DNA of 64,000 nt from Schmidtea polychroa (Eukaryota). Position 1 is the stretch's first letter. Every line of letters begins with the position of its first letter. The notes under the pieces were generated by a model, which was given only the letters and a program-made list of their open reading frames with translations, was not told the DNA's origin and did no database searches. Below are positions 63,040 to 64,000 of the stretch, piece after piece. The position numbers were made by a program, and so were the translations under genes. The DNA lies in NCBI GenBank assembly GCA_044892525.1, contig CM097887.1, forward strand, positions 61,194,001 to 61,258,000, read 5' to 3'.

Positions 63040-64000
63040 ACGAAAACCAGGTCACCGCTGGACCACTAATAATTATATGACCTTGAAAATGATTTTTGGT
63101 TAAATGTTAATAACTTTGTTAATATTAATGATGATGATACCTTCCATGGATCAATCGAAAGGTCTTAGACCGAGCGTTAAAATGAGGTATCGTTTAATAA
63201 TATTTGTTGGCGGGAACTCTGTACATTTAAATTTTAAAATATGACCTTGAAAAATTAAATGATCACTTAATTAAAACAAAAAATTAAATTAAAAAATGAC
63301 CTTGAAAAAATAAATGACCTTGAAAATTAAATGACCTTGAAAAAATAAATGACCTTGAAAAAATAAATGACCTTGGAAATAATAAATGACCTTGGGAATG
63401 ACCTTGAAAAAATAAATGACCTTTTAAAAAATAAATGACCTTGAAAAAATAAATGACCTTGAAAATAATAAATGACCTTGAAAAAATAAATGACCTTGAA
63501 AATAATAAATGACCTTGACCTTTTATTAAAAATTTGACCTTGACCTTGATGAGTCATCGTTCTAAAAATATGATGAGACAACGAATGAGTCATTGTCTTT
63601 GTTCTAAAAATGTGATGAGTCATCGTATGATAAAAATCTATATCTCATTAGAAAGTTCTTGCACAGAGCTTTAAAATAAGGTATCGATCAATATAATATG
63701 TTGGCGGGAACATTTATCTTTGGGATGAAAAAAAGTAGGAGCCCGCTGGGCCAATTAATAATATTTTGACAAATAATAATAATTTAACTTTGAAAAGATG
63801 GTGGTCATTAAATGTTAATAACATTAAAACTATTAAAGATATATAAGATAACTATAGCTCATTCGAAAGGTCTTGGACTGAGCTTTAAGATGAGGTATCG
63901 TTCAATAAAATTTGTTAACGAGAACATTAATTTTTGGGATGAAAAAAAGTGTGAGCCCGCCAGGCCAATTAATAATATTTTGGAAAATAATAATAATTTA
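63040..64000. promoter_or_regulatory. Motif-dense repeat block: ~17 TGACCTT(G) copies, 3 ATGAGTCAT and 2 TTGGCGGGAA within ~200-bp degenerate modules
   Basis: ~18-bp tandem AAAAATAAATGACCTTG at 63290-63548. TGAGTCA at 63550, 63586 and 63616. TTGGCGGGAA at 63207 and 63701. The module CGAAAGGTCTT.GAC.GAGC..TAA.ATGAGGTATCG recurs. Regulatory function is inferred. Confidence 0.5.

Larger units (their letters stand above)
56743..64000. mobile_element. Polinton/Maverick-like region, boundaries unresolved
   Basis: pPolB gene flanked on both sides by repeat-rich non-coding DNA. The left side ends in an N-gap; the right side contains an AGTAG terminus-like sequence and runs out of the window. Confidence 0.7.

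Noticed and set aside
63327-63623. 98-aa ORF with FKVIYFF repeats
   Set aside because: It is a translation of the 18-bp TGACCTTG tandem repeat.
57080-64000. CRISPR-like arrays among the tandem repeats
   Set aside because: There are no unique spacers between conserved repeats, no cas genes, and the context is eukaryotic.

Overview
Very AT-rich eukaryotic draft-assembly DNA with 12 N-gaps and spliceosomal-type signals. The composition and TE content suggest an invertebrate such as a planarian flatworm, but that is inference. No rRNA, tRNA or CRISPR array was seen. Most of the window is a transposon graveyard: Gypsy LTR remnants, hAT elements (Buster, Tip100, Ac-like, hATm-like), Tigger/Tc1, piggyBac-type MITEs, a Helentron-like end and a Penelope-like fragment, with clear nesting shown by target-site duplications. 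The only recognisable host gene is a disrupted, intronless monocarboxylate-transporter (SLC16/MCT) copy at 54.9-56.3 kb. Two regions stand out. (1) At 56.7-64 kb, an uninterrupted ~1190-codon protein-primed family-B DNA polymerase of Polinton/Maverick/adintovirus type sits among tandem repeats, palindromic 143-bp repeats, an AGTAG terminus-like sequence and a dense array of nuclear-receptor, AP-1 and E2F-type motifs. No integrase, ATPase, protease or capsid gene is visible in the window. (2) At 17.7-28.9 kb, co-oriented GC-rich orphan genes or pseudogenes with short candidate introns lie between (ATT/ATC)-type low-complexity spacers. They include two paralogous coiled-coil ORFs sharing an E-x-TWF-x-P motif and an AT-hook ORF, alongside an LTR/PBS-like signal and repeated hairpin-AGGAGTAGG-hairpin RNA-like structures. 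This may be the accessory-gene cassette of a giant mobile element. All calls were made by eye; no database searches were run.
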